The notes beneath the pieces are model-generated. The model worked only from the letters and a program-made list of their open reading frames with translations, did not search any database and was not told the DNA's origin. Positions 19,501-28,620 of a stretch of 64,000 nucleotides of DNA are shown piece after piece. The position numbers were made by a program, and so were the translations under genes. Position 1 is the stretch's first letter; each line of letters opens with the position of its first letter. Source of the DNA: Salinivirgaceae bacterium (GTDB lineage Bacteria > Bacteroidota > Bacteroidia > Bacteroidales > SZUA-534); contig JAEINW010000003.1 of the NCBI GenBank assembly GCA_016342715.1, positions 604 through 64,603 of the forward strand, read 5' to 3'.

Positions 19501-21386
19501 TCCACATTGGTTTCCCATTGTTCCATGGTTTCAAGTGGATCGCCGTAATGTGGATGAGTGAAATTTTTCCATCGCTCAATATGATAAGGCATTTCAGTTG
19601 CTATGCGATTTTTATTTTTTTCGATAATGTTTAATGCAGCTTTTGAGCTGTAAATGGTATTAAGCTGCGCTGTAAATTTATTTATAAACTGATTTTTAAA
19701 ATCATCATTCTTTAATAAATATTTAAACAATTTGGCAATTCCAATATTAGAAGTTGCATCAATTAGGCCATTGAAATTATAATGGGCATTATAATTATAG
19801 CTATCCCAATTCATTCCATATGAAACATCGGTATCCAATAAAATCCATCGCCACTTTTTGCCCATTTTATTTTCCTTCCAAAACAGCATGTTGGTATTTA
19901 GCCAATCTATATTTGCAATATATATTTCAAAAATCATGTAGTCGATAAAGGAGTTTATGTCAAGTAATGAGGCTACATAATTATAATTTGCAGGAAATAT
20001 CATTGAATTTTCTTCAGAATAAATGAAATCCAAAAGTGTATTGTAGTGATAGCTTGATCCTTCTTCAACCACTGGGGTATTACTCCATCGATATTCTAAA
20101 ATATCTGTATAGTCAGGATTTACCTGATGGTGCATTATTAAATAATCGAGATTGTTTTTTTCTCTAATATTATATATTCCCCAGTAAGCTCCATTTAAAT
20201 ATAATTTTGACGGTTGATAGGCTTGGCAATCAATATCAGTTTTATTAATTGTAAGATCATGTACGGTGCCATCGCGCATCATTGTATAAAAAGCATCGGG
20301 TGTCCCCGATGTTCTTAAGTATAAATCTTTGAATTGCGTATTTTCTCTTGTTGAAAAGAATTTATAATCTAAATAATCGGCATTATATTTACTTTTTGCA
20401 CTTACCGTAAAAGGTTTTTGAGGACCCGCAGACGAAGCTTGTCCAGATAGTCTTATGTCGGTTAGTTGAGAGATTTTTTGCTCATTATCATTCTCAAAAT
20501 ATTCAAAATTTGCTGGTATTTCAAATCCTCGTAATGAGTTGGTGTATATGCCAGTATTGTCATCCCAAAGGGTGTTTGGAAATGCGCTTAAAGCAATGGT
20601 AGGTAAATTATTAGTATGCTCGTTAAAAATGTATGAATTGGTTTTTATTAAGCTTGGAAAATGATCAGTTTCAAAAACTTTTGCCCGAATTATTACCGTT
20701 GTATCAATTAGTAGCGGTTCAGAATAAATGTTTGAGGAACTGTTTGGATTTGTGCAATCTGTTGTATAATGAATTACTGCATTTGGTTTATCGGTTGATA
20801 AGGTTACAATTTGCTGATTGTAAAAAAAACCTCCATTCGTGGAGAATTGAACTTCTGATGTGTATTTTGGTTTTGAAATTGGATCAAATATATTGGAATA
20901 TGCTGGCGTTGGTTCAGCAAAATAAAACCAGTTTCCAGTTGCATCGGGTTTTCTTCCATAGGGAATATCATTGAATTGCTGCCCATAATTAACAGAATCA
21001 ATTATTTCTCCCTCAGTATTTGCAATGGATATTTGTTCGCCAGATTTTGAAAGTTTAAAATTAGTATGTATTCCAAAATTATCAATTTCATTAAAACCAT
21101 CAGCCCAAATAATAATAAAACTATTTGAATCAATTATTATAGAATTTGAAATTTGAAATTTAGTAGGATTTGATAAGTCGTCACTTAAAAAATATCCATT
21201 TAAATCGATGGGTGTATTACTTGTATTGTATAATTCTATCCAATCAGAAAATGCATCGTTTCCGGTTAGCTTGTGAATGGTTGTTGCATTTGACGCTAAG
21301 AATTCATTTATAACTATTTGTGAATGTGATGAATTTATTACAGAAATAAATAGTATGATGCTAATTAGTAATGCTTTTGTTTTCAT
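16569..21386 (-). CDS. Giant secreted CotH-family protein with two lamin-tail (LTD) domains, beta-helix, PKD-like repeats and T9SS C-terminal sorting domain
   Basis: Signal peptide begins at the Met at 21386. LTD signatures IVINEFLASN..DWIELYNTS and IIINEINYNS..DWVEIYNS; central CotH-like region; parallel beta-helix repeats; C-terminal LEIYPNPAHNWMNI..GIYIIEV. Confidence 0.8.
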   Translation of the reverse strand: MKTKALLISIILFISVINSSHSQIVINEFLASNATTIHKLTGNDAFSDWIELYNTSNTPIDLNGYFLSDDLSNPTKFQISNSIIIDSNSFIIIWADGFNEIDNFGIHTNFKLSKSGEQISIANTEGEIIDSVNYGQQFNDIPYGRKPDATGNWFYFAEPTPAYSNIFDPISKPKYTSEVQFSTNGGFFYNQQIVTLSTDKPNAVIHYTTDCTNPNSSSNIYSEPLLIDTTVIIRAKVFETDHFPSLIKTNSYIFNEHTNNLPTIALSAFPNTLWDDNTGIYTNSLRGFEIPANFEYFENDNEQKISQLTDIRLSGQASSAGPQKPFTVSAKSKYNADYLDYKFFSTRENTQFKDLYLRTSGTPDAFYTMMRDGTVHDLTINKTDIDCQAYQPSKLYLNGAYWGIYNIREKNNLDYLIMHHQVNPDYTDILEYRWSNTPVVEEGSSYHYNTLLDFIYSEENSMIFPANYNYVASLLDINSFIDYMIFEIYIANIDWLNTNMLFWKENKMGKKWRWILLDTDVSYGMNWDSYNYNAHYNFNGLIDATSNIGIAKLFKYLLKNDDFKNQFINKFTAQLNTIYSSKAALNIIEKNKNRIATEMPYHIERWKNFTHPHYGDPLETMEQWETNVEIMKTFAENRPSYQKQHLTSFFNLSEMDSITFEVEPIQKGNIYVYDHFITDSINTGEYFTGISTDIQASAKPGYKFAFWKNTNDTNQIINRIEIGIDTLIAVFEPDNQNYIPSVITSNYELTQENSPYFSSGDITIQANAKLIVEAGVTIKMFEKSNIFIFGTLELNGSATNPIIIKESSFINTKNWGGLCFDSGTGKSILNHVQLINGTCGSDLKKHFSTLSSYNTNLLINGLTINGEKQPFYSEYGKIEIHNSFFHSSVASDLINIKYADSALVENSKLIGNGSYDADAIDYDNLSGGIIRNNIISGFTGYNSDGIDLGEDAKNILIEGNTITNCIDKGISIGQASTAIIKNNIISYCGQGVGIKDYYSFGTISNNTFYENDIAVACFVKNYGDGGGSAIISNCIFANSRSSSHYVDEYSSIIINYSLSNTEQLTGIGNFFSSPEFVDEIAFNFELSSLSPCIDAGDPLSPLDEDGTLADMGASFSYTLSDSQSIIINEINYNSSDTLNSGDWVEIYNSTDSSINLSGWSIMDSKNDNTFSFIDGIILHPKSYFVVHQNDTLFSNIYSNISNRTGDLNFKLSNKSDIVRIISPQMQVINAVNYNDELPWPTLCDGNGYTLELRDETFDNSLAENWRSSPLIGGSPGISNNQTINADYKYNILSDCSGHVQFYNLTLNYFDSILWDFGNGDFSNLNYVDYYYNEPGVYNITLTVYSYFGIDTKTETIELYQTISPPLSLADSSCIKTSFTFTINGTNQVNWYESIDDTDPFLVGNTFTTPELSISKTYYASYSNEICESKKNPIIAYIHRQPTSYFTFEQNENIITTKNHSIYADSYIWDFDDGTTSTLEAPMHEYFESGNYYIRLKALNSVCGFENEYLKIVSISVGVKESQQVNNLEIYPNPAHNWMNIKIPQSKNKDIIVRIRTLMGSVIKIQTGLLSLNNEFLINTSDMEKGIYIIEVTNGNNRFTKRLIII

Positions 21387-21589
21387 TGCGAAATGATTGT
21401 TGTGTATGAAATAAGACACATTTAACACATTTTACCCTATATTAAAAATTAAATATAACTCATAATGTTATGTAAAAAAAATACTGTTAATTTTGGGCTC
21501 AAATTAATTTTGCATATGAAATAGCCATAAGCAATTAATTAAAATACATAAGTTACCGAAATACAAAGTATTAATCAAAGTTTATACAC

Positions 21590-22888
21590 GTGAAAATTTA
21601 TTTAAAAAGAGATGTAATTGTTTTTTTAGTCATTTTTACTCTTTTAAGCATCCCGTTTTTATTCACGAATCTTGATATTGCACTTCAAAAGCCATATTTC
21701 ACTGATGGTGAATGGTTTTTGATGAACCTCCCTTTTTGGGATTTTATTTATAAATACGGAATATTTTTGGGCTATTTTGTTGCCGTTGTTGCTCTGGTAG
21801 TGGTTTCTGTTTCTTATTGGAGCAAGAAATTATTCATATGGCGAAAAGCCGCTTATTTTATGCTTTTTGTTATGTTGGTTGGTCCTGGTGTTTTGGTTAA
21901 CGGAACCTTTAAAGACCATTGGGGAAGACCTCGTCCACGTGAGATAAAAGAGTTTGGCGGAAAAGAAAACTTTCATGTAGTTTGGGAAAAAGGCGATACT
22001 AAAGGCAAGTCATTTCCTTGTGGACACGCTTCCATGGGATTTTATTTAGCCATTCCTTTTCTTTTTTTAAGAAAGCGATATAAAAAATGGGCTTGGATTT
22101 TTTTTATTACTGGAACCCTTTACGGATTATTGGTGGGCTACGCTCGAATGATAGCCGGAGGTCATTTTGCCAGTGATGTTTTGTGGTCGGCAGGTATGGT
22201 TTGGCTTACAGGAATATTGGGCTATTATTTGCTTAAAGTTTATAAAGAACCTTCTTTGTCAGATTTTAGTGACGCCAAACAAAAACGAAAAGGAAAAATT
22301 GTTGCATTAATAATGGGTTTATTTTTACCCATTTTAACCATAGGCTTATTGTTGGCAACTCCCTATATTTCGAAAAAAGAGTTTACAAAAACAAGGGAGG
22401 AATTGGATGAAATACATTTAAAAACACTGAATGCTCAGTTTGATGAAGGTGTTATAAGTGTTGGTTTTGGAAATGATTTTAAAGTAAATTATGCAGTAAA
22501 TGCTTTTGGATTCCCAAATAGTAAAATTCGCTGGCAATGGGAGGCTTCAGAAAATTCAAAATATTGGTTAGAGAATATGGGTTGGTTTACCGAAATTAGA
22601 AATGAGGTAGATATTACATATCCCATTCAAGCAAGCTGGGAAAATGTATTGAATGTAGAGGAAGGTGATGTCTTTGTTAATCTTCAGAATGATACTTTGC
22701 AAAAGAATCTTATAATAAAATTGAATAGAGGACAAGTTGAAATATTTGCTCATAATTCAAAATTTGCATTGAAACATAATTTAGATCAAATTATTAATGA
22801 GGATGATCTTGTTTATGGAATTGATAGTTCATCTAATGTAATACTTGATATAGAAATTGGAGAAGGAACTATTGTAATAAAAAAATAG
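21590..22888 (+). CDS. PAP2-family phosphatase fused to an uncharacterised C-terminal domain
   Basis: KDHWGRPRP, PCGHAS and GGHFASD motifs on a multi-TM N-terminal half, plus ~170 aa of unknown sequence at the C-terminus. GTG start. Confidence 0.75.
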   Translation: MKIYLKRDVIVFLVIFTLLSIPFLFTNLDIALQKPYFTDGEWFLMNLPFWDFIYKYGIFLGYFVAVVALVVVSVSYWSKKLFIWRKAAYFMLFVMLVGPGVLVNGTFKDHWGRPRPREIKEFGGKENFHVVWEKGDTKGKSFPCGHASMGFYLAIPFLFLRKRYKKWAWIFFITGTLYGLLVGYARMIAGGHFASDVLWSAGMVWLTGILGYYLLKVYKEPSLSDFSDAKQKRKGKIVALIMGLFLPILTIGLLLATPYISKKEFTKTREELDEIHLKTLNAQFDEGVISVGFGNDFKVNYAVNAFGFPNSKIRWQWEASENSKYWLENMGWFTEIRNEVDITYPIQASWENVLNVEEGDVFVNLQNDTLQKNLIIKLNRGQVEIFAHNSKFALKHNLDQIINEDDLVYGIDSSSNVILDIEIGEGTIVIKK

Positions 22889-22889
22889 C

Positions 22890-23231
22890 ATGAATAAAAG
22901 TAAACTACTTCTAAAAGAAAATCCAAGCCTAAAAGATTTTCAGAAATATGTTACAGAGTTAGAAGAGGCAAGAGGATTCAGCAAGCAAACGGTTTTGCAA
23001 AAATGCCTGATGCTAGGTGAGGAAGTTGGAGAGTTATTCAAAGCCATTCGCAAAAGTGAAAACATAAGTGTCGATCAAAAGTCGGTGATTGGCTCCATTG
23101 ATGAGGAATTGGCTGATATTTTTATTTACCTCTGTGCAATTGCCAACAGGCATAATATTGATTTGGAAGAAGCTTTTCGCAATAAAGAGGAGATTAATAA
23201 AACCCGCAAGTGGGTGATTAAAAACCAATAG
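22890..23231 (+). CDS. MazG-like nucleotide pyrophosphohydrolase
   Basis: LGEEVGELFKAIRK and EELADIFIYLCAIANRHNIDLEEAF. Confidence 0.75.
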   Translation: MNKSKLLLKENPSLKDFQKYVTELEEARGFSKQTVLQKCLMLGEEVGELFKAIRKSENISVDQKSVIGSIDEELADIFIYLCAIANRHNIDLEEAFRNKEEINKTRKWVIKNQ

Positions 23232-23244
23232 GGTTTATCACAAA

Positions 23245-26200
23245 TTACACCTTAAAACCAATAATTAAAATATCGTCCATCTGATGTGTTTTACCGTCAG
23301 GATGATTCATCCAATCTTTAATAGTAGTATTTAATATTCTATGCTGCTCGGCAAAAGTTTTAGTGTGAATATCAACCAGTAGCTCACGCATATTTTTACG
23401 CATAAATTTTCGTTCTCTAGGACCACCAATTTGATCTTGAAAACCATCGGAGTACATATAAATACAATCGTCCTTTAGTAACTGAATTTTTGTGGCTGTG
23501 AAATCACTCATTTTAATATGATATCCAACAGGCATGCGGTCGGCTTTAAGTTCAGAGGCTTCGCTATTTCTAATAATAATTGCAGAGTTATAGGCTCCTG
23601 CAAAATTCATTTCTAAAGTATCAATATTAATAACGCAAATTGCCATGTCCATGCCATCTTTTGAGCTTCCGGCATAATCGCCTTGTTTTAATGACGAAAT
23701 TACATTTTGCCGCATCTGCCCAAGAATAATATCGGGAGCATCTATTTTTTGTTCTTTAACTATTTTATTTAAAAAACTCACGCCCAGCATACTCATAAAT
23801 GCTCCAGGCACACCGTGTCCTGTGCAATCGGCGGCTGTTACTATTAGTTGCCTATCAAGCCGCTCAATCCAATAGTAGTCGCCACTAACAATATGGCAGG
23901 GTTTGAAAAGTATAAACGCATCATCGGTATTTTGTTGTAAATTTTCAATACCGGGTAAAATTGCACGTTGAATACGTTCGGCATAATTTATACTGCCGGT
24001 TATTTCTTCTTTCTGACTTTGAATTTCATCCTTTTGTGCAACCACCTCTGCTGTACGTTCTTTCACTACTTTTTCAAGATGTGCTTTTTCTTTTAGTAAT
24101 TTTTTCTCGCGCCAGCGAATAAAAAGGTATAAAGCAACAATAAGAAACAGTATAATTATGGTTAAAAACCACAGTGTTTTCCAAAACGGAGCTTGAATAA
24201 CAAAATTATAAACTACGGGTTGCGACCAATTAATTCCATCGGCACTGGCTATTACTGAAAAGCTATATTTACTATTGGTTAAGCCGGGATAGGTTACTGA
24301 TGTGTTTGCTGTTGCAGGCGACCATTCTTTTTCATGCGGTGCAAGTTTGTATTTAAATATTACCTTTTCAGGATTTTTAAAATGAATACCCACATAGTCG
24401 AAAGTTACATGGTTTTGATGGTGGGGCAGCGAAAGTTTATTTGGATACGCATTCCATGCATCTGTATGAAAACCTTGAGCCTCCCAGTTTACATTTTCAA
24501 AAGATAGTCTTATGCCAGTTAAATGAACAGTGGGTGTTTTTGTAAGGGTATCTTCCATTTCGGGACGATAGCTGGTTAAGCCATTAACCGTTCCAAACCA
24601 TATATGTTTTTGTTCATCGCTACAAATGGCATTGTAGTTGGTTTCGCTCCAAATAAAACCATTGGATTTATCATACTGTCTCACATTTTTTACTTTTTTT
24701 ACATCGGTATCAAAAGTAAGTTTATTAAACCCATGGTTAGTGCCAACCATAAGGGTTGAGTCGTTATAAAACAGTAAGGAATTTATTGCCTTTGAATTTA
24801 ATATAGCCTGCGTAAATGGAGTAATTGTATCGGTAGTTGGGTTGTAATTATAAATTCCATTATTTGTTCCTATCCAAATCACATTATTTTTATCGGCCGC
24901 TAAGGTATGAATGCTTAAATCAAACAAGCCTTCCTGCTCGTCAAAGTCGCGATATTCACTGGTTTTTGCTCGAAAACGCGCCAATCCGCCAAGAGTTCCC
25001 ATCCAAATATTGTTAGCCTTGTCAGATATTACCGTTTGCACCTCGGGATTAATTAATCCTTGTTCCTCTGAGATGGTGTGTATTTGTTGTCCAGCAATTT
25101 CATTAAAACCTAAATCGGAGCCTACATAAATAGAACCATTGGGTGCATTGTACACACAGTTAATGTTGTTGTCGAGTAAGCCTTTGGCAGTAGTAAGGTA
25201 GTTGAATTGGTCATTAATAATTAAAAGACCTTGCCCTCTGGTGCCTGCCAATATACGTCCTTGATTATCAATATCGATAGTGGTTATCTCACTTGTTCTA
25301 TAAGCATTTGTTGCAGTAAAAGTGTGAACTTTTATTTGGTCGTTTTTTATCGATGCTAGGCCTAAACCTTGTTGGTTTGTGCCCAGCCAAAGCTGTCCCT
25401 TATCATCTGGTTTTATTGCCATAACGGAGGACCCCGGTAAGCCTTCGGCAACTGAGTAGTGAACCAATTGAAAGCCCTGAAATTTACTTAAGCCCTGACC
25501 TATCGATCCCAACCAAAGGTTTTTGTTGTTATCGCGGTAGATGCAAAATATTTGGCTGCCCAACAAACCATTGCTTGTTGAGATATTTTGTATGGTGTTG
25601 TTATTCGATCGGAATACACCATTTTTTTCCGAAGCAAACCAAACGCTGCCATCGGTATCGCAATGAATATCCCAAATTCTTAAATTTGCATCGGCGCTAA
25701 GCAAAGAACAAGGCGTAAATTCAGTGCTGTTTTTTTTCCATTTATAAGCTCCGGTATCCAGTGTTCCAAACCAGATATTTCCTTTTTTATCTTCAGCAAT
25801 ACTGGTTATGTATTTACTTGGTAAACGAATGGAGTCGTTAATATTTTTAATTTGAGGTTTGTTTTGGCTTAATGTAACTGTGCTTAATCCACCAAACATT
25901 GCAATCCATGTTTTACCATTGGAATCGTGCATTAAATCGAGCACAAAATCTCCAGCTAGGCCTTGTTGAGAACTGATATTTTGAATTTGGATGGAGTCGT
26001 TAAACGTGCTAATAATATTAACACCAGCATCGTTAGTGGCTGCCCACATTCGTCCTTTGTTATCGGGTAAAAGTTTGGTGATGACACTGCCCAGCAAGCC
26101 ATTTTCAGTAGTAATTGTTTTCCAGTTTGTACCATTGAATATACCAATACCTTTATCGGTGCCAAACCATATATTTCCCTGGCTGTCTTCAACAATGCTG

Positions 26201-26451
26201 CGTACAATATTTCCTGGCAATCCATTGCTGCGGTCTATAATTGAAAAATTAGTGCCATCGAAGCGTGCCGCTCCACTTTCGGTACCTACCCAAAGATATC
26301 CGCGAGCATCTTCATTTATACAAAACACGGTTGACTGGGGCAATCCTTGCTCCATATTGTAGTTTGTGAAATTGTACAATTGCCCGAATGTACAAGTACA
26401 GGGGGCAATTATTGCTAAAATAAAAGTAATCAGGATATAATATTTTTGCAT
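23245..26451 (-). CDS. Periplasmic beta-propeller/Y_Y_Y sensor with one TM helix and a cytoplasmic PP2C (SpoIIE) phosphatase
   Basis: Repeated Reg_prop-like blades (..G.IWFGT..G), a TM helix (LWFLTIIILFLIVALYLFI), a coiled coil, then SGDYYW..AADCTGHGVPGAFMSMLG. Confidence 0.85.
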   Translation of the reverse strand: MQKYYILITFILAIIAPCTCTFGQLYNFTNYNMEQGLPQSTVFCINEDARGYLWVGTESGAARFDGTNFSIIDRSNGLPGNIVRSIVEDSQGNIWFGTDKGIGIFNGTNWKTITTENGLLGSVITKLLPDNKGRMWAATNDAGVNIISTFNDSIQIQNISSQQGLAGDFVLDLMHDSNGKTWIAMFGGLSTVTLSQNKPQIKNINDSIRLPSKYITSIAEDKKGNIWFGTLDTGAYKWKKNSTEFTPCSLLSADANLRIWDIHCDTDGSVWFASEKNGVFRSNNNTIQNISTSNGLLGSQIFCIYRDNNKNLWLGSIGQGLSKFQGFQLVHYSVAEGLPGSSVMAIKPDDKGQLWLGTNQQGLGLASIKNDQIKVHTFTATNAYRTSEITTIDIDNQGRILAGTRGQGLLIINDQFNYLTTAKGLLDNNINCVYNAPNGSIYVGSDLGFNEIAGQQIHTISEEQGLINPEVQTVISDKANNIWMGTLGGLARFRAKTSEYRDFDEQEGLFDLSIHTLAADKNNVIWIGTNNGIYNYNPTTDTITPFTQAILNSKAINSLLFYNDSTLMVGTNHGFNKLTFDTDVKKVKNVRQYDKSNGFIWSETNYNAICSDEQKHIWFGTVNGLTSYRPEMEDTLTKTPTVHLTGIRLSFENVNWEAQGFHTDAWNAYPNKLSLPHHQNHVTFDYVGIHFKNPEKVIFKYKLAPHEKEWSPATANTSVTYPGLTNSKYSFSVIASADGINWSQPVVYNFVIQAPFWKTLWFLTIIILFLIVALYLFIRWREKKLLKEKAHLEKVVKERTAEVVAQKDEIQSQKEEITGSINYAERIQRAILPGIENLQQNTDDAFILFKPCHIVSGDYYWIERLDRQLIVTAADCTGHGVPGAFMSMLGVSFLNKIVKEQKIDAPDIILGQMRQNVISSLKQGDYAGSSKDGMDMAICVINIDTLEMNFAGAYNSAIIIRNSEASELKADRMPVGYHIKMSDFTATKIQLLKDDCIYMYSDGFQDQIGGPRERKFMRKNMRELLVDIHTKTFAEQHRILNTTIKDWMNHPDGKTHQMDDILIIGFKV

Positions 26452-26454
26452 TTT

Positions 26455-28302
26455 TTATTGATTCTGCTTTTTAATAAAAATAAACTGCCCACCCTCGTCG
26501 CCAGTATTTACAATAGGACTAAAGCCTGGAGTTTGGTTAGAGTTATTAATTACGGCTACTTTAAGGTCGTTGTATAGTTGGCTGGCATCAAAAAATTGAT
26601 TCTCGTTATTTGTCAATGATTTAAGCAAATAATAAGTAAAAACAGAATGTCCGTCTTTTCCACCATCCATAACTGGTTCAATGCCGCCTGAGGTAAGGGC
26701 TGTGCGCGATTGTTTTGAGTAAATTTGATTGTAATACTTAAATGAATTTTCGTAAGGTATTGTTAAGGTTTTTCCACGGAAAATATCCCCACTAAAACAG
26801 GCATCGGCAATCAAAAAAGTATGTTTCGATTTTATGCCGTTTAAAAACGATTGGATATCGGTGTTGGCAATAAGTCCTGAAATTGAACTGCTTGTGGCAT
26901 CCGAAGGAACCCAGAAGCCCCGCTGTAAGGCTTCGTTATAATCGCCATGGCCTGAATAAAAAATCAGTAGGTTATCGTTCTCTTTAATGTTAGCCATTAG
27001 CCATTCGTATTCTTTTAGAATGTTTGCTCGTGTTGCTTGCTCGTTATATAAAGTTCGAACCGATTGAAATTCATAACGACTTGTTAATTGTGCTTCAACC
27101 GCTTTAGCATCGTTCACTGCATTTTTTAGCGGTTTCCAATCACCTGAATAATTATTGATGCCAATAATTAAAGCAAAATATCGGCCAATGCTTACTTCCT
27201 GCATGGCTTTTGAAGCACCCAGACCTTTTAAGGGGTCGTTACTGCTACGATATAAAGCTAATTGCTCGTTTTGTTGAGGCGAGTTGTTTTGTATGGCTTG
27301 ATTTAAAGCTAATTCGAAATGTTGAACTTCGCCTTTTTCAAGTTGTGCACCTTCTACTTTTAACTCAATGGGTATTTTATTTAAATCGATGTTTTTATTT
27401 ATGTAAAAAACAAGTTCTATTTCTTTTGAACTTTGTGCTTTTAGTTGCAAATCGCTTTTGTTTTCGAGCATCATAAGCGATGATGGTAGGTTATATCTGA
27501 GCTTTAAGTTATTTGCATCGATGCTCGAATTGTTGTTAATGGTAAATTTCATAGTAACAGTTTCACCAGCCAAAACTTTTCCAGATGGACTTGAGAAGCT
27601 TTCGTTTGAAACCATGAGTTTTGGGAGCTTATCTGCATTGTTATCAGATAGTTGGCATACATGCAAATAATCGATTTGCACCGACGATTTTGCTGCTACC
27701 TGAAAACCAATACCATTGCCAAAGAAGGGTTCAAAAGGCATTTTGTGAACCAATTCACGGTTTATAAAAAAGTAATAACTATTGTCAACCTTGCGAACGG
27801 TTAAGGTATTGTAGGTGTAATTGTTGATGAGTTTTGATGACTTTACTGGAACAAAATCGGTAAATTCGCCTGTAAATTTATCGATGGTAAATTGCCCTTG
27901 TCCGTTAATAAAGAAATCAAACTGTTTTCCTTGGTCAATTGATTTCCCCCATTGCAATCCATAAAATTTATTTTGAATACCTTTATCAAGACGAATTTTA
28001 AGGTCAATTTCAAAGTCTTTACTTTGATCGATAATAACCTCTTTAAAGTCTTCTTTTGGGACATCTTCATACGATTGAAAAAAAAGAGTACACTCCTGAA
28101 TATTTTCGAACCATATATCTTCCTTGATTCCCAAATACCAATTGTTGTTATTGTTATTAAAATCTTCAATAAACAAAGCTGTTTTTTGATTGGGAGCAAA
28201 ACCTGAATAATTTTCAGCTACAGTATGAATCTGTGCATTAAGGGCTATTGAAAAAGAAAAGATTGAAAACTGCACTAATAATAAAATAGATTTGAGAGAC
28301 AT
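26455..28302 (-). CDS. Secreted caspase-family (peptidase C14) protein with N-terminal jelly-roll-like and Ig-like domains
   Basis: Signal peptide; His/Cys dyad contexts LLIFYSGHGD and FLIADACFSG. The stop lies 3 nt upstream of the PP2C-sensor start codon. Confidence 0.8.
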   Translation of the reverse strand: MSLKSILLLVQFSIFSFSIALNAQIHTVAENYSGFAPNQKTALFIEDFNNNNNNWYLGIKEDIWFENIQECTLFFQSYEDVPKEDFKEVIIDQSKDFEIDLKIRLDKGIQNKFYGLQWGKSIDQGKQFDFFINGQGQFTIDKFTGEFTDFVPVKSSKLINNYTYNTLTVRKVDNSYYFFINRELVHKMPFEPFFGNGIGFQVAAKSSVQIDYLHVCQLSDNNADKLPKLMVSNESFSSPSGKVLAGETVTMKFTINNNSSIDANNLKLRYNLPSSLMMLENKSDLQLKAQSSKEIELVFYINKNIDLNKIPIELKVEGAQLEKGEVQHFELALNQAIQNNSPQQNEQLALYRSSNDPLKGLGASKAMQEVSIGRYFALIIGINNYSGDWKPLKNAVNDAKAVEAQLTSRYEFQSVRTLYNEQATRANILKEYEWLMANIKENDNLLIFYSGHGDYNEALQRGFWVPSDATSSSISGLIANTDIQSFLNGIKSKHTFLIADACFSGDIFRGKTLTIPYENSFKYYNQIYSKQSRTALTSGGIEPVMDGGKDGHSVFTYYLLKSLTNNENQFFDASQLYNDLKVAVINNSNQTPGFSPIVNTGDEGGQFIFIKKQNQ

Positions 28303-28386
28303 ATCTAATAATTTTTGATGTGTGTTTTTTTATAAAAAATATTGGGTTTTTGAGAAGTCAATTACGTCATGTTTTTTGAATAACTA

Positions 28387-28424
28387 TTTATCAAATCGTA
28401 CAATTTGGAGCTCAAATTGATAAA
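28387..28424 (-). promoter_or_regulatory. 38-bp conserved motif, copy 1 (TTTATCAATTT-GAGCTCC-AAATTGTACGATTTGATAAA on the minus strand)
   Basis: Same 11+7+20 architecture as 32197-32234 and 32450-32487. It points toward the caspase gene, ending 85 nt from its start codon. Confidence 0.6.
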
Positions 28425-28620
28425 ATAATAGCGGTTTGCATATATTAAAATGAGGTAGGTATCGTGAAAGTTATTTTTTCAACAAGACTAAACGCAATAT
28501 AATCCCCTCGTTTACTTGATATTATATAACTTTTTTAAAAGTTAAAAAAAAATTAACGGAGTTTATTACATTCAGCAACTTTGCTTATATTTAAGACAAG
28601 ATAAAAAACCACAAAAAAAC

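Noticed and set aside
28387-28424. FNR/CRP box interpretation of the TTGAT/ATCAA halves in the 38-bp motif
   Set aside because: The half-sites are in ATCAA..TTGAT order and about 20 nt apart, which does not fit TTGAT-N4-ATCAA. The most conserved core is TTGTACGA, which is not part of FNR or CRP consensus.
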